From IMG/VR virus record IMGVR_UViG_3300017613_000255: a stretch of DNA of 37,050 nt; one strand, written 5' to 3'. The notes below the pieces were generated by a model. The model was given only the letters and a program-made list of their open reading frames with translations. It did no database searches and was not told the origin of the DNA. This document shows positions 8,052 to 16,589 of this stretch, piece after piece (position 1 is the stretch's first letter; each line of letters begins with the position of its first letter). The position numbers and the translations under genes were made by a program. The DNA is from a virus.

Positions 8052-8218
8052 CAGAGCATGAATTGAATAACATCAAGACAATTCAACAGGTATTAAGGCA
8101 TCATATTGAGAAATTAGATAATAAGATCACAAATTTAGAAGCACTTATCAAGGGGGAGTATAATGAAACAGCAATTTCTGAAAGAGAAAACAGGCACAAT
8201 TCGCCTGACAGCATATGA
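8027..8218 (+). CDS. Small coiled-coil ORF in the -1 frame relative to 7812..8051 (weak TTG start; may be a frameshift extension)
   Basis: It fills an otherwise non-coding 112-nt gap. No convincing SD is present. It begins at CAAAAAC in the end of the previous ORF. Confidence 0.3.
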   Translation: MQKRYLQVAEHELNNIKTIQQVLRHHIEKLDNKITNLEALIKGEYNETAISERENRHNSPDSI

Positions 8219-9065
8219 GAATAATAGACCTCTAATACCTGCTGATAGTGTAAAAATCACTCTTTACAAGCCGGATGGTGCTACATTACAGGCCCAGGCA
8301 AGTGCTTCTAGGGATGCTACAACAGGAGAGATGACTTATTCAATTACAGCTACCCACACAGCTACAAAGGATCTGAATTACAAAGCCACTTGGGAATATA
8401 CCATTAGTGGTGAAACAAGGTATGAGGATCAGTTGTTTGATGTAGTCTTGAGTATTCTGTCAATACCTATTACAGATGATGATCTATACAATGAGTTGAA
8501 CTCATTGAGGAAAACTCAGATACAGGATACATCAACAGCAACAGCCGGTGCGGCAGGAACATTGACAGATACAGCACAGAGGAAAGAAGCAGATGATTAT
8601 TGGAATGGTGGCACAATTGAGATTATAGGTGGCACAGGGCCGAACCAGATGAGAGATATTACTGACTTTGTGCAGTCAACAGGTGTTATTTCAGTAACAC
8701 CTAACTGGGCAACTAATCCTGACAATACAAGCAGGTATAGGATTATAAGGTCTTGGAGTAAACAGATCACACAGAGTTTTGAGAAGATAGAAACTATGTT
8801 ACTCAATAAGGGCAAAAGGCATTCTTTGATCTTGGAGAGTAGCGAGATTAAAGTTCCGTTGATATACCTTACTGTGCATTTTATTTGTCTTGATTTGATG
8901 GATGAACCTGATGACAAGTGGCATATGCTAGGTAATAGGTATTGGGAACTGTTTAATGATGCATTTAATGGGATGAGATTACAGTATGATGAGGATGAGA
9001 GTGGGTTCATACAGGGTGATGAAGAAGGGTATGGTGCGGCACAGATACGGATAGGAAGGGCATGA
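8163..9065 (+). CDS. Putative virion structural protein (possible head-tail adaptor or neck protein with an N-terminal Ig-like beta-sandwich)
   Basis: SD AAGGGGGAG lies before the ATG. N-terminal pattern ITLYKPDGATL...TGEMTYSITATH...YKATWEY. Position at the start of the head-tail joining block. The family call is tentative. Confidence 0.35.
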   Translation: MKQQFLKEKTGTIRLTAYENNRPLIPADSVKITLYKPDGATLQAQASASRDATTGEMTYSITATHTATKDLNYKATWEYTISGETRYEDQLFDVVLSILSIPITDDDLYNELNSLRKTQIQDTSTATAGAAGTLTDTAQRKEADDYWNGGTIEIIGGTGPNQMRDITDFVQSTGVISVTPNWATNPDNTSRYRIIRSWSKQITQSFEKIETMLLNKGKRHSLILESSEIKVPLIYLTVHFICLDLMDEPDDKWHMLGNRYWELFNDAFNGMRLQYDEDESGFIQGDEEGYGAAQIRIGRA

Positions 9066-9805
9066 GGTTATCTGTTAATATCCTTAATTGGAACTGCAAG
9101 AATGTTCTTAAAGATACCCTTGAGGTTTTAGAAACCGAGTGCTTTGACAATGACTTTGAGGTTATTGTGGTGGACAATGGCTCAAAGGATGGCAGTATAG
9201 AGTTCTTGAAGGGAAAGCAGAAGGTGTGGGTAAATGACAATCTTCACATCATCAGTAACAGAAAAAATCTTGGAATTTCTAAGGGGAAGAATCAGGGTAT
9301 TGAGAAATCTATTGGTGATTATGTTCTTTTACTTGATGCTGATGTGTTACCTGTAAAGAATAGCATCTTTATGCTGATGGATTACTTGGATCACCATGAT
9401 GAGTGCCAAACAATAGGGTTCAAACCTAACAAGTGGCAGAACCAAAAGAATACTGAGCATTGTAAGTTCCATGAAGATTACTGCCACACATTGTTTGAGC
9501 CAAGAACACAGAAAGCGGCTTGTTTGTTCTATGGGATGTATAGAAGATGGCTGTTTGATATGGGGTTGAGGTTGAGGGAAGATGGTGTGTTTGGTGAGGT
9601 AGGGTATGGATGGGAAGATCATGATTTTTACTTGACTATGAAAGAGATGGGGGTAGACCAATGGGTTGCCCACATGAACAAAGCCAATGGAAGATATTAC
9701 CATGCTATCAACTCATCTATTAACAACTATGGGTGTATGGGAAAGAATAAGTATCAGGAAACATCAAAGGCAAGAGGGATTGCATTTCACAAATCATGGG
9801 ATTAG
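9062..9805 (+). CDS. Family 2 (GT-A) glycosyltransferase
   Basis: Motifs LSVNILNWNC...FEVIVVDNGSKDGS...NLGISKGKNQG...YVLLLDADV (DxD). ATGA overlap with the upstream structural gene. Confidence 0.8.
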   Translation: MRLSVNILNWNCKNVLKDTLEVLETECFDNDFEVIVVDNGSKDGSIEFLKGKQKVWVNDNLHIISNRKNLGISKGKNQGIEKSIGDYVLLLDADVLPVKNSIFMLMDYLDHHDECQTIGFKPNKWQNQKNTEHCKFHEDYCHTLFEPRTQKAACLFYGMYRRWLFDMGLRLREDGVFGEVGYGWEDHDFYLTMKEMGVDQWVAHMNKANGRYYHAINSSINNYGCMGKNKYQETSKARGIAFHKSWD

Positions 9806-10101
9806 ATAAAGTTATAATCAAGCACTTAGATGAGATGGATAAGATCGAGGAAGCCATCGATAAGGATATTGAGAAGTTATACAAAATGTTAGACATTGAT
9901 GTTCTGATGCAAGAGCCAGAGGAAGTGTTGGGTGTGTTTGTTACTAGGGTGCAGAATATATTAGAGGATAAGTATTTTCCTGAAGCGGCAAAGAAGGGTA
10001 TTGAGTTCGCTGAGAAGGTCAAGGCAGATGGTAGTATTGAAGTTGAGAAATCTAATAATCCTAATCTTAACAAAGAGTTAATAGATAAAAATAATGTTTA
10101 G
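9796..10101 (+). CDS. Hypothetical acidic helical protein
   Basis: 101-aa ORF in the head-tail joining block. Confidence 0.55.
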   Translation: MGLDKVIIKHLDEMDKIEEAIDKDIEKLYKMLDIDVLMQEPEEVLGVFVTRVQNILEDKYFPEAAKKGIEFAEKVKADGSIEVEKSNNPNLNKELIDKNNV

Positions 10102-10570
10102 TCATAGAATCAAAGGTTATATACGCTTTCCGAAATTCAATCTCAAGAAAGATTTAAAGGAAGTGGCAGTCAGAGAGATTATACCTGATATACATACTAG
10201 AATGGCGAGAGCAATAGATTTGCATAATAAGAGATATGGAAAATTAGCTGATTCAACATTGAAGCAGAGAAATAAGAAAAGACAGGGGTTTCTTCCGTTG
10301 AAGGCAACAGGGCAACTAAGGAAATCTATCACGAGCCGGTATGTTCCAAGTGGTGTTCTAATTTATCTAAAATCACATAGAAAGAAGTCATATCTTTCAA
10401 ACCAAGAACTTGCAGATATTTTACAAAATATTGGTGTTAAAAGCAAGATGTATGGTAAAAGAAAGTTTGAATTTTTTGGTATATCAAGAAAAGCAGAGAA
10501 GCGGTCTTTTAATTATATGAAAAAGAAGGTAGAGGAAGCAATTAAAAATGCCAGAAGAAGAAATATTTAA
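10094..10570 (+). CDS. Putative head-closure or tail-completion protein (virion morphogenesis family-like)
   Basis: Position, plus LKATGQLRKSI resembling the L-x-x-TG-x-L-x-x-S motif of morphogenesis proteins. Tentative. Confidence 0.35.
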   Translation: MFSHRIKGYIRFPKFNLKKDLKEVAVREIIPDIHTRMARAIDLHNKRYGKLADSTLKQRNKKRQGFLPLKATGQLRKSITSRYVPSGVLIYLKSHRKKSYLSNQELADILQNIGVKSKMYGKRKFEFFGISRKAEKRSFNYMKKKVEEAIKNARRRNI

Positions 10571-11039
10571 CGAGTTTGAAGATAGGGAATTAAGGACATT
10601 AACAGTAATGTTATCAGCGAGTGCTGAGAGGACTGCTGTTACTATTGAGGAATATATACAAATACGTCTTGAGCAAGGAACTGATTTAGCAATAATAAGA
10701 GAAACTTTATTGGATGATTTAGAACAGGGTGGCAGGATATTCGGGCAGTTTAGGAATGAAATAAAATCAACAACTAGGGGATCAATGGGAAGGGTTAGGG
10801 ATTCGGCAGAATTTTCTGAGGTTGGGGTTACTGAACAGTATCGGTGGGTTGCTGTTTTAGTCCGCACTTGTAAAGATTGTTTAGGATTACACGGTAAAGT
10901 CAAACAATGGGAAGATTGGGAACAAAGCAGATTTGGTTTACCAAGATCAGGTGGAACTCGTTGCAGACAGAACTGTCAATGTGTATTAGTTGATGCAAAA
11001 TCAGTTGATATTCAACCAATAATAAGGGGGAAGAAATGA
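10548..11039 (+). CDS. Minor head protein, SPP1 gp7 / Mu F-like C-terminal domain only
   Basis: WVAVLVRTCKDCLGLHGKV...GLPRSGGTRCRQNCQCVLV matches the W..D.rtC..C..l.Gk...P...nCrC signature. Confidence 0.55.
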   Translation: MPEEEIFNEFEDRELRTLTVMLSASAERTAVTIEEYIQIRLEQGTDLAIIRETLLDDLEQGGRIFGQFRNEIKSTTRGSMGRVRDSAEFSEVGVTEQYRWVAVLVRTCKDCLGLHGKVKQWEDWEQSRFGLPRSGGTRCRQNCQCVLVDAKSVDIQPIIRGKK

Positions 11040-11040
11040 A

Positions 11041-11472
11041 ATGAGTTACTATGGGATCAAAGATCAACTAACCACAAGGTTGGGTGTTCTTGGTTATACT
11101 GAGAGCAAAGAGGCATTTGATTTCGGTGATGCTTCAAACAAAGAGTATGGCAACACTTTTATTCTTAATCCAATTTCAGGTTCGATGGATGGAGAGTTTG
11201 AAGGGGAAAATCTTGTGAATAGGTTTTATGATTCACAAACATGGCAAATACAAATTGCTTTTGAAAAATCAGCACAGAATCAAACACAACAGAGGGATGT
11301 GATGAATGACAAGATAGCTGATATCTTAAGTGATTTGGATAATCCTACTAACTGGCAGGATGTTACCAATGGAGCAGTAACACAGCGTTATCAAGCATGG
11401 GAGATAACAGATCAGGGTAACTACTTCCTATTATCAATAAATTTAAACATACTAGACAAAATAAGTTATTAA
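11041..11472 (+). CDS. Putative tail terminator or neck protein
   Basis: 143-aa ORF immediately upstream of the tail tube gene. Called from position only. Confidence 0.35.
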   Translation: MSYYGIKDQLTTRLGVLGYTESKEAFDFGDASNKEYGNTFILNPISGSMDGEFEGENLVNRFYDSQTWQIQIAFEKSAQNQTQQRDVMNDKIADILSDLDNPTNWQDVTNGAVTQRYQAWEITDQGNYFLLSINLNILDKISY

Positions 11473-11487
11473 GAGGGGGGAATAAAA

Positions 11488-12405
11488 ATGGTTGTATTAA
11501 CAAGAAACGCATTAGTTTTGGCAAAGGTGGAAACCACTTACAGAACTGATCCAACTCCAACTGTGGGTGCAAATGCTATTGAAGCACAGGACATCACTAT
11601 CACAGAGCAATCACCACCGTTAGAAAGACAGGCACAGATAGGTAACTTGAGTAGGTTGCCATCTATTTTAGGTGAGAGGTCAGTAGATGTATCTTTTAAG
11701 GCAATTATGTTCGGTTCAGGTTCGGCAGGAACAGCACCCAGGGTTGGTGCTTTATTAAAGGGATGTGCATTAGAAGAAACAATCACAGGTGGCACATCTG
11801 TTGAATATACACCTAGATCAACAGGTATTGAATCTGTTACTCTTTGGGTGTATAAGGGCGGTAGAGTTCATAAGGTAACAGGATGTAGAGGTTCAGTAAA
11901 GGCAACTTGTGAAGCCGGACAGTTTATGATGTATGAGTTCAACTTCTCAGGTTACAGGTCAGCCGCACCTACTGTTGCCGCTATATCAACACCTACGCTA
12001 GATACCACAACAGCAGTATGTAAAAATGGAACACTATCTTATAACTCCAAGACAACATTGATTGGTAAGATGCTTGATTGGGATTTGGCTAACACTCTTG
12101 CTAAGAGAGCAGATTTGAGTGATGCTCTTGCAATCCAGGGTTTTGAGATTACAGGTAGAGCACCTGTTGCATCATTTAATCCTGAAACACAAGTTGAAAC
12201 ATCCTATGATTTCAGGGGTGATGTTCTAACAAATCAAAGAGAGTTAAGCTATACAGTTGGTGGCTTACTTACCATAACCATGCCTAAGTTCAATCCATTT
12301 GAGCCAGAGTTAGAAGATGACAATGGTATGCTCAGAGATAAGATAGCAGGTGAGATGGCACAGAACACAGGGGATGATGAAATATCACTTCTTTATACAG
12401 GATAA
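11488..12405 (+). CDS. Major tail tube protein
   Basis: 305 aa with the strong SD AGAGGGGGG. It sits directly upstream of the chaperone frameshift pair and the tape measure gene. Confidence 0.65.
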   Translation: MVVLTRNALVLAKVETTYRTDPTPTVGANAIEAQDITITEQSPPLERQAQIGNLSRLPSILGERSVDVSFKAIMFGSGSAGTAPRVGALLKGCALEETITGGTSVEYTPRSTGIESVTLWVYKGGRVHKVTGCRGSVKATCEAGQFMMYEFNFSGYRSAAPTVAAISTPTLDTTTAVCKNGTLSYNSKTTLIGKMLDWDLANTLAKRADLSDALAIQGFEITGRAPVASFNPETQVETSYDFRGDVLTNQRELSYTVGGLLTITMPKFNPFEPELEDDNGMLRDKIAGEMAQNTGDDEISLLYTG

Positions 12406-12420
12406 GAAGGGGGTGCAATA

Positions 12421-12750
12421 TTGTTAAAAGGCATAGATGTGAACCAGAGGGTGGATTTTGTTTCAAAAGAGGACAAGACAAAACCAAAAACTATCTTTGT
12501 TTTAAAGCCACTATCTGGACTTGAAAGTTTAACTTTATCCAAATATGTCATAAATGGGGGGTTAAAGATAACAGAGGATTATGTCAGGGATGTTCTGTCT
12601 AAATCAGTTGTTGAGATCAAACACCCCAACCTAACTGAAAAAGAGGAAATTATTAGCTTTATTGAGAAGCAGGATGTTGTAGTGCTTATGGAACTATCAG
12701 CAGAGGTTCTTAATATAGGCACAGTTACGGATGATGACAAAAAAAAATAA
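12421..12750 (+). CDS. Tail assembly chaperone, short form (gpG-like)
   Basis: TTG start after GGGGGTGCAATA. It ends in an A9 run followed by TAA and lies immediately before the tape measure gene. Confidence 0.7.
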   Translation: MLKGIDVNQRVDFVSKEDKTKPKTIFVLKPLSGLESLTLSKYVINGGLKITEDYVRDVLSKSVVEIKHPNLTEKEEIISFIEKQDVVVLMELSAEVLNIGTVTDDDKKK

Positions 12751-13046
12751 CTATTGCTCTTTTCCACACTTGCGATGAAGATTGCAAGGAATACAAGGAC
12801 AAAGACCATCCACTTCCTAATAGATGGGTGATTGATGGGATTAGTTACAGAAGATGCCCTTTAACTGAGGTGGATACTGGTTATTACTGGTTCATCAAAG
12901 CATATAATTATCTTGACAAGGGTATCTTACCAAACTCAGGGGGGTGGATGGATCAGAGTAAAAGGTTTATTGATATGATGAGTTTTATGATTAATATTGT
13001 GGCGGAACATCAACAGGAACAGGTGAAGAAATATGGCACAAAGTAA
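12421..13046 (+). CDS. Tail assembly chaperone, long form (gpGT-like) by -1 frameshift at 12739..12747
   Basis: I translated the -1 frame by hand across 12747..12830 with no stop. The listed ORF 12828..13046 has no SD of its own and overlaps the tape measure start. Confidence 0.6.
12739..12747 (+). promoter_or_regulatory. Slippery A9 run, candidate programmed -1 frameshift site
   Basis: GAC AAA AAA AAA TAA. The -1 frame (ATA ACT ATT ...) has no stop from 12747 and joins ORF 12828..13046 in phase. Confidence 0.65.
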
Positions 13047-15210
13047 AATTCAAATCTTATTGGAAGCACAGGACAGGGCATCCAAGAAATTAGATAATAT
13101 TGAGAAGTCCATGAAGAAAATGAGTGGAACTTCTGCTAAAGCAGGTGCGGCATTCAAGCGGTTAGGGCAGATTATGGTAAGTGCCGGAATTGCAAAGATC
13201 ATGCAAGGGATTGTTATGTCGGCAGTTAATTTTGAAGATGCGTTTGCCGGGGTGAGAAAGACTGTTGATGCAACGGAGAAGGAATTTGGACAATTAAGAA
13301 AAGGGTTGCTTAATATGTCAAAGGAGATTCCTGTATCTGTTGAAGAATTAGCAAAGATACAAGAAGTTGCCGGACAGTTAGGTATCAGGGGAGTGGATAG
13401 TTTAACTAAATTTACAAAAACAATGGCGATGTTAAGTTCGACTACGAATATTGCAGGAGAATCTGGAACTTTACAGTTGTCAAGATTTATGGGAGTTATG
13501 AGTGTAGCCGATGATGATGTTGATCGGTTAGGATCATCTTTAGCACAGTTAGGTAATGAGTTTAAAACCCAAGAAGCAGAATTATTAGCACTATCACAAA
13601 ACCTAGCATCTTTTGGTGTCCGTATTGGATTATCGGCAGATCAGGTGTTAGCATTTGGAACTGCTATAATTAGTTCTGGTGGTGAAGCACAGGCGGCGTC
13701 AACCGCATTTCAGAAAGTCGCTATCAAAATACGAGATGCCACAATTACCGGAAGTAAAGATTTAACTACACTCGCAAATATTGCTGGAACAACAAGAGAT
13801 GAATTTGTCCAGGTATTTGAGAAAGATTCTGCCCAAGCAATTGTGTTGTTTTTGAAGGGATTGAAGAAAATTGAAGATCAGGGGGGAACGACAACAACGA
13901 TTTTAAAGGAATTAGGACTTGCAGATCAAAGATTAGCCAGGGAATTTGGGAAAGTAATAACCCAAATAGAAACATTAGAAGATGCTTTGGATCAGTCTTC
14001 AACTGCCTTTAAAGAAAATACTGCATTAGTTGAGGAATTTAGAAAAAAACAGGGAACAACTGCATCACAGATTAAATTAACGAAGAATAATATCAATGTT
14101 TTATCTATTGCATTAGGGGAGAGGTTACTTCCTGCTTTGGAGAATGTTTTAATTTCTACAAATTATGTAGTTGATGCAATGCAAAGATTAGCTGATGCGA
14201 CTATGATGGTTGGAATGGAAAGTAATGATTTGCAATCTGATTTAGAAAGACGGATTAAGAGTTATGATTGGGAAATAGAGAAACAAAAAGAAACTATACG
14301 ATTAGCACTAGCCAATCCGGGTGCAAGGGCAAAGGCAGAAGAAAGAATTATTGTTTTATTGGAAGATAAAAAAAGAGCAATGCAAACATTGCTTAAGTTG
14401 CATAGAGAAGAACAGGCATTAACAGAAACTGGTTTACCTGAAGGTGGAATTGGTTTTGGGGAAGGTGGGGAAGAAGGTATATTTGGTGAAGATGATGCTA
14501 CCACAAAACTTGAAGAAGAACAGGCACGGAAATTAGAATCTATTGGTTTTTTTCAAGATAATATTAGCTCAATGGGAGATGAAGCATTAGCTAAAGAGAT
14601 AACACGATTAGAAATAGAATTTAATGCTAAGAAAGTTACTGAGGAACAAAAAACAAAGATTATTCTTGAAGAAGAAAAGAAAAGGCAAAAGACAACAGAC
14701 AAGATTGCAAAGGAAAAATTAGTATTAGAGAAAAAAATTAATGATGGTTTACTATCTTCAACAAAATCTTTTCTTTCTGCAAGTAGTGATGAACATAAGG
14801 CGTTCGCAATAGCATTAAAGGCGATTAGAATTGCTGAAGTTATAATGAATACTCAAGCCACACTTTCTCTTATTTCAAAACATTGGGTGCCGCCGACAGA
14901 TATTCCCTGGAAGATAAAGGCGATTGCCGAAGGTGCTATGCAAGTTGCCACAATAGCGGCAACAGGGTTTCAAAAAGGAACAGATAGTGTTCCGGCACAA
15001 TTAACACCCGGTGAGATGGTTATACCCAATACATTCGCTGATGCTATTAGAGATGGTAGATTAACTCTAAGTGGCGGTGAGGGCGGTGGTGGTGTTACTA
15101 TAAACATAATTGAGCCACAAATAGGTGGTGGCGGTGATAGTGTTGAGGATTTTGCAGAGGAATTAGGGTTTGAAGTTGAGAGAGCATTGAAAACAGCAAG
15201 GGGGTTTTAA
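13033..15210 (+). CDS. Tail tape measure protein
   Basis: 725 aa, helical. N-terminal core FEDAFAGVRKTVDATEKEF...EIPVSVEELAKIQEVAGQLGI is typical of TP901-type tape measure proteins. The middle is long coiled coil and the C-terminus is Gly-rich. Confidence 0.9.
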   Translation: MAQSKIQILLEAQDRASKKLDNIEKSMKKMSGTSAKAGAAFKRLGQIMVSAGIAKIMQGIVMSAVNFEDAFAGVRKTVDATEKEFGQLRKGLLNMSKEIPVSVEELAKIQEVAGQLGIRGVDSLTKFTKTMAMLSSTTNIAGESGTLQLSRFMGVMSVADDDVDRLGSSLAQLGNEFKTQEAELLALSQNLASFGVRIGLSADQVLAFGTAIISSGGEAQAASTAFQKVAIKIRDATITGSKDLTTLANIAGTTRDEFVQVFEKDSAQAIVLFLKGLKKIEDQGGTTTTILKELGLADQRLAREFGKVITQIETLEDALDQSSTAFKENTALVEEFRKKQGTTASQIKLTKNNINVLSIALGERLLPALENVLISTNYVVDAMQRLADATMMVGMESNDLQSDLERRIKSYDWEIEKQKETIRLALANPGARAKAEERIIVLLEDKKRAMQTLLKLHREEQALTETGLPEGGIGFGEGGEEGIFGEDDATTKLEEEQARKLESIGFFQDNISSMGDEALAKEITRLEIEFNAKKVTEEQKTKIILEEEKKRQKTTDKIAKEKLVLEKKINDGLLSSTKSFLSASSDEHKAFAIALKAIRIAEVIMNTQATLSLISKHWVPPTDIPWKIKAIAEGAMQVATIAATGFQKGTDSVPAQLTPGEMVIPNTFADAIRDGRLTLSGGEGGGGVTINIIEPQIGGGGDSVEDFAEELGFEVERALKTARGF

Positions 15211-15372
15211 ATGGCTAAATTTCCATTTTATTTAAGAAACGGAATCGAGGAAAAGTTTATTGATGGTAAGTATTATGTAATTTTTAATCTTCGTTGGTGG
15301 CAAATTATTATGGTTATTATTACTCATTATTTAAGAGCAATAAAAAGGACGGTGTTTATATGGCTGAATTAG
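15211..15372 (+). CDS. Possible small hydrophobic ORF (53 aa), not in the supplied track
   Basis: The ATG directly follows the tape measure TAA, with AAGGGGG 6-7 nt upstream. Otherwise 150 nt would be non-coding. Confidence 0.3.
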   Translation: MAKFPFYLRNGIEEKFIDGKYYVIFNLRWWQIIMVIITHYLRAIKRTVFIWLN

Positions 15373-16589
15373 ATATAAAAATTAGCCCAGAAAATCTTTT
15401 ACCTTGGAGTAATTTTGAGGATTGGGTGGATGGTGCTAGTGCCGCACCGACAGAGCATACTCTTTCTGGTGCTTCAGCAAGTGTGGCAAGAGAAGCTACT
15501 ATCATAAAGAAATCCACATACTCAGCGAAGGTAACTAGATCAGGAACAGATTGTATCCTATATTATGATGTGCCTGACTATGATGATTATAGGGGTAAGA
15601 AGGTTACTTTAGGTGCTTGGGTGTATGCAACAGCAGGGAGCAGGGGGTATATATCCATTGATGACGGAGTGAGTGCCAAATCCTCATCTTCTGCTAATGA
15701 TGGTGATAGTGATTGGGATTGGGAAGAAATCACCCATGACATTAATCCTTGTGCATCACAGTTGCGTATCGGCTTTGAGGTCAGGACAGGCAATACTGCT
15801 GTATATTTTGACAATGCTGTTCTTTGTGAGGGTGATGATACCTTAACTGAGTTGAGTGATTATATGGATGTAGCTAAGTTCAAACCGGCTAACAGATTTA
15901 AAGGGCAAACATTTGATGTTCCTAGAAGGGAAGGATCACGAATGCCTAAGATGCAGATGCAGAGCAAGACAATAGAGGTTTCAGGCACAGTTGTTGGTTC
16001 TACTGCTAATGCGGCAAGGGATAACCTGGATGCTTTACTCAAGCGGATAAACTCACTCAGGGATAAACCAGATGGGGATTTAGAAAATAAAGATTTGTAT
16101 TTGTTTGAAGATAGACTATATAAGGTGCTAGTGAATGATGTTAGGGTTGATCATAGGGCGGCTTTAAATGTGAGGGATGTTAGATTTAGGTTTACAGCTT
16201 CAGATCCTTACGAACAATATACTAATAAGACAAGGCATAGTGAAACCATCTCTGCATCCCCCACTACTTTCACGATTAGCACAGTTAATGGAACAGCTAG
16301 GGCGAAACCTATCATCACAGTTACCAACAATGGCTCTAATATATCAAGTTTAAAGATTGAGAACAGGACAAGCAATCAGGTATGGTCTTACTCAGGGAGC
16401 ATTGTTACAGGGCAGGATTTGGTGATTGACACAGACCTGCTTACAGTTGAGAATAATGGTGTAGATGATATATCCAACTTCTTAGGTGATACGGATATGG
16501 TCTTAATGCCTGAAGATAATGAAATCTATGTCTTAGGGTTGGTTGCCGGTGTGGTTAAGTTTGATTGGTTCGACAGGTGGTATTCATGA
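15360..16589 (+). CDS. Distal tail protein (Dit) with an N-terminal carbohydrate-binding-module-like jelly-roll
   Basis: ATG at 15360 in the frame of listed ORF 15294. The N-terminal 150 aa (WSNFEDW...KKVTLGAWVY...WDWEEITH...LRIGFEV...VYFDNAVL) read like CBM4/9. The remainder resembles a siphovirus tail-family protein, and the gene follows the tape measure. Confidence 0.65.
   Translation: MAELDIKISPENLLPWSNFEDWVDGASAAPTEHTLSGASASVAREATIIKKSTYSAKVTRSGTDCILYYDVPDYDDYRGKKVTLGAWVYATAGSRGYISIDDGVSAKSSSSANDGDSDWDWEEITHDINPCASQLRIGFEVRTGNTAVYFDNAVLCEGDDTLTELSDYMDVAKFKPANRFKGQTFDVPRREGSRMPKMQMQSKTIEVSGTVVGSTANAARDNLDALLKRINSLRDKPDGDLENKDLYLFEDRLYKVLVNDVRVDHRAALNVRDVRFRFTASDPYEQYTNKTRHSETISASPTTFTISTVNGTARAKPIITVTNNGSNISSLKIENRTSNQVWSYSGSIVTGQDLVIDTDLLTVENNGVDDISNFLGDTDMVLMPEDNEIYVLGLVAGVVKFDWFDRWYS

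Noticed and set aside
8597-10903. Cluster of minus-strand ORFs (8597..9010, 9007..9240, 9347..9703, 9720..10073, 10117..10332, 10484..10903). Similar ones occur elsewhere, for example 25406..25750, 26651..27019, 28098..28430, 30234..30569 and 32085..32592.
   Set aside because: All are antisense to + strand genes that carry clear motifs (GT2, Mu F-like, SDR, methyltransferase and others). They lack ribosome-binding sites and recognisable motifs and are treated as frame shadows.
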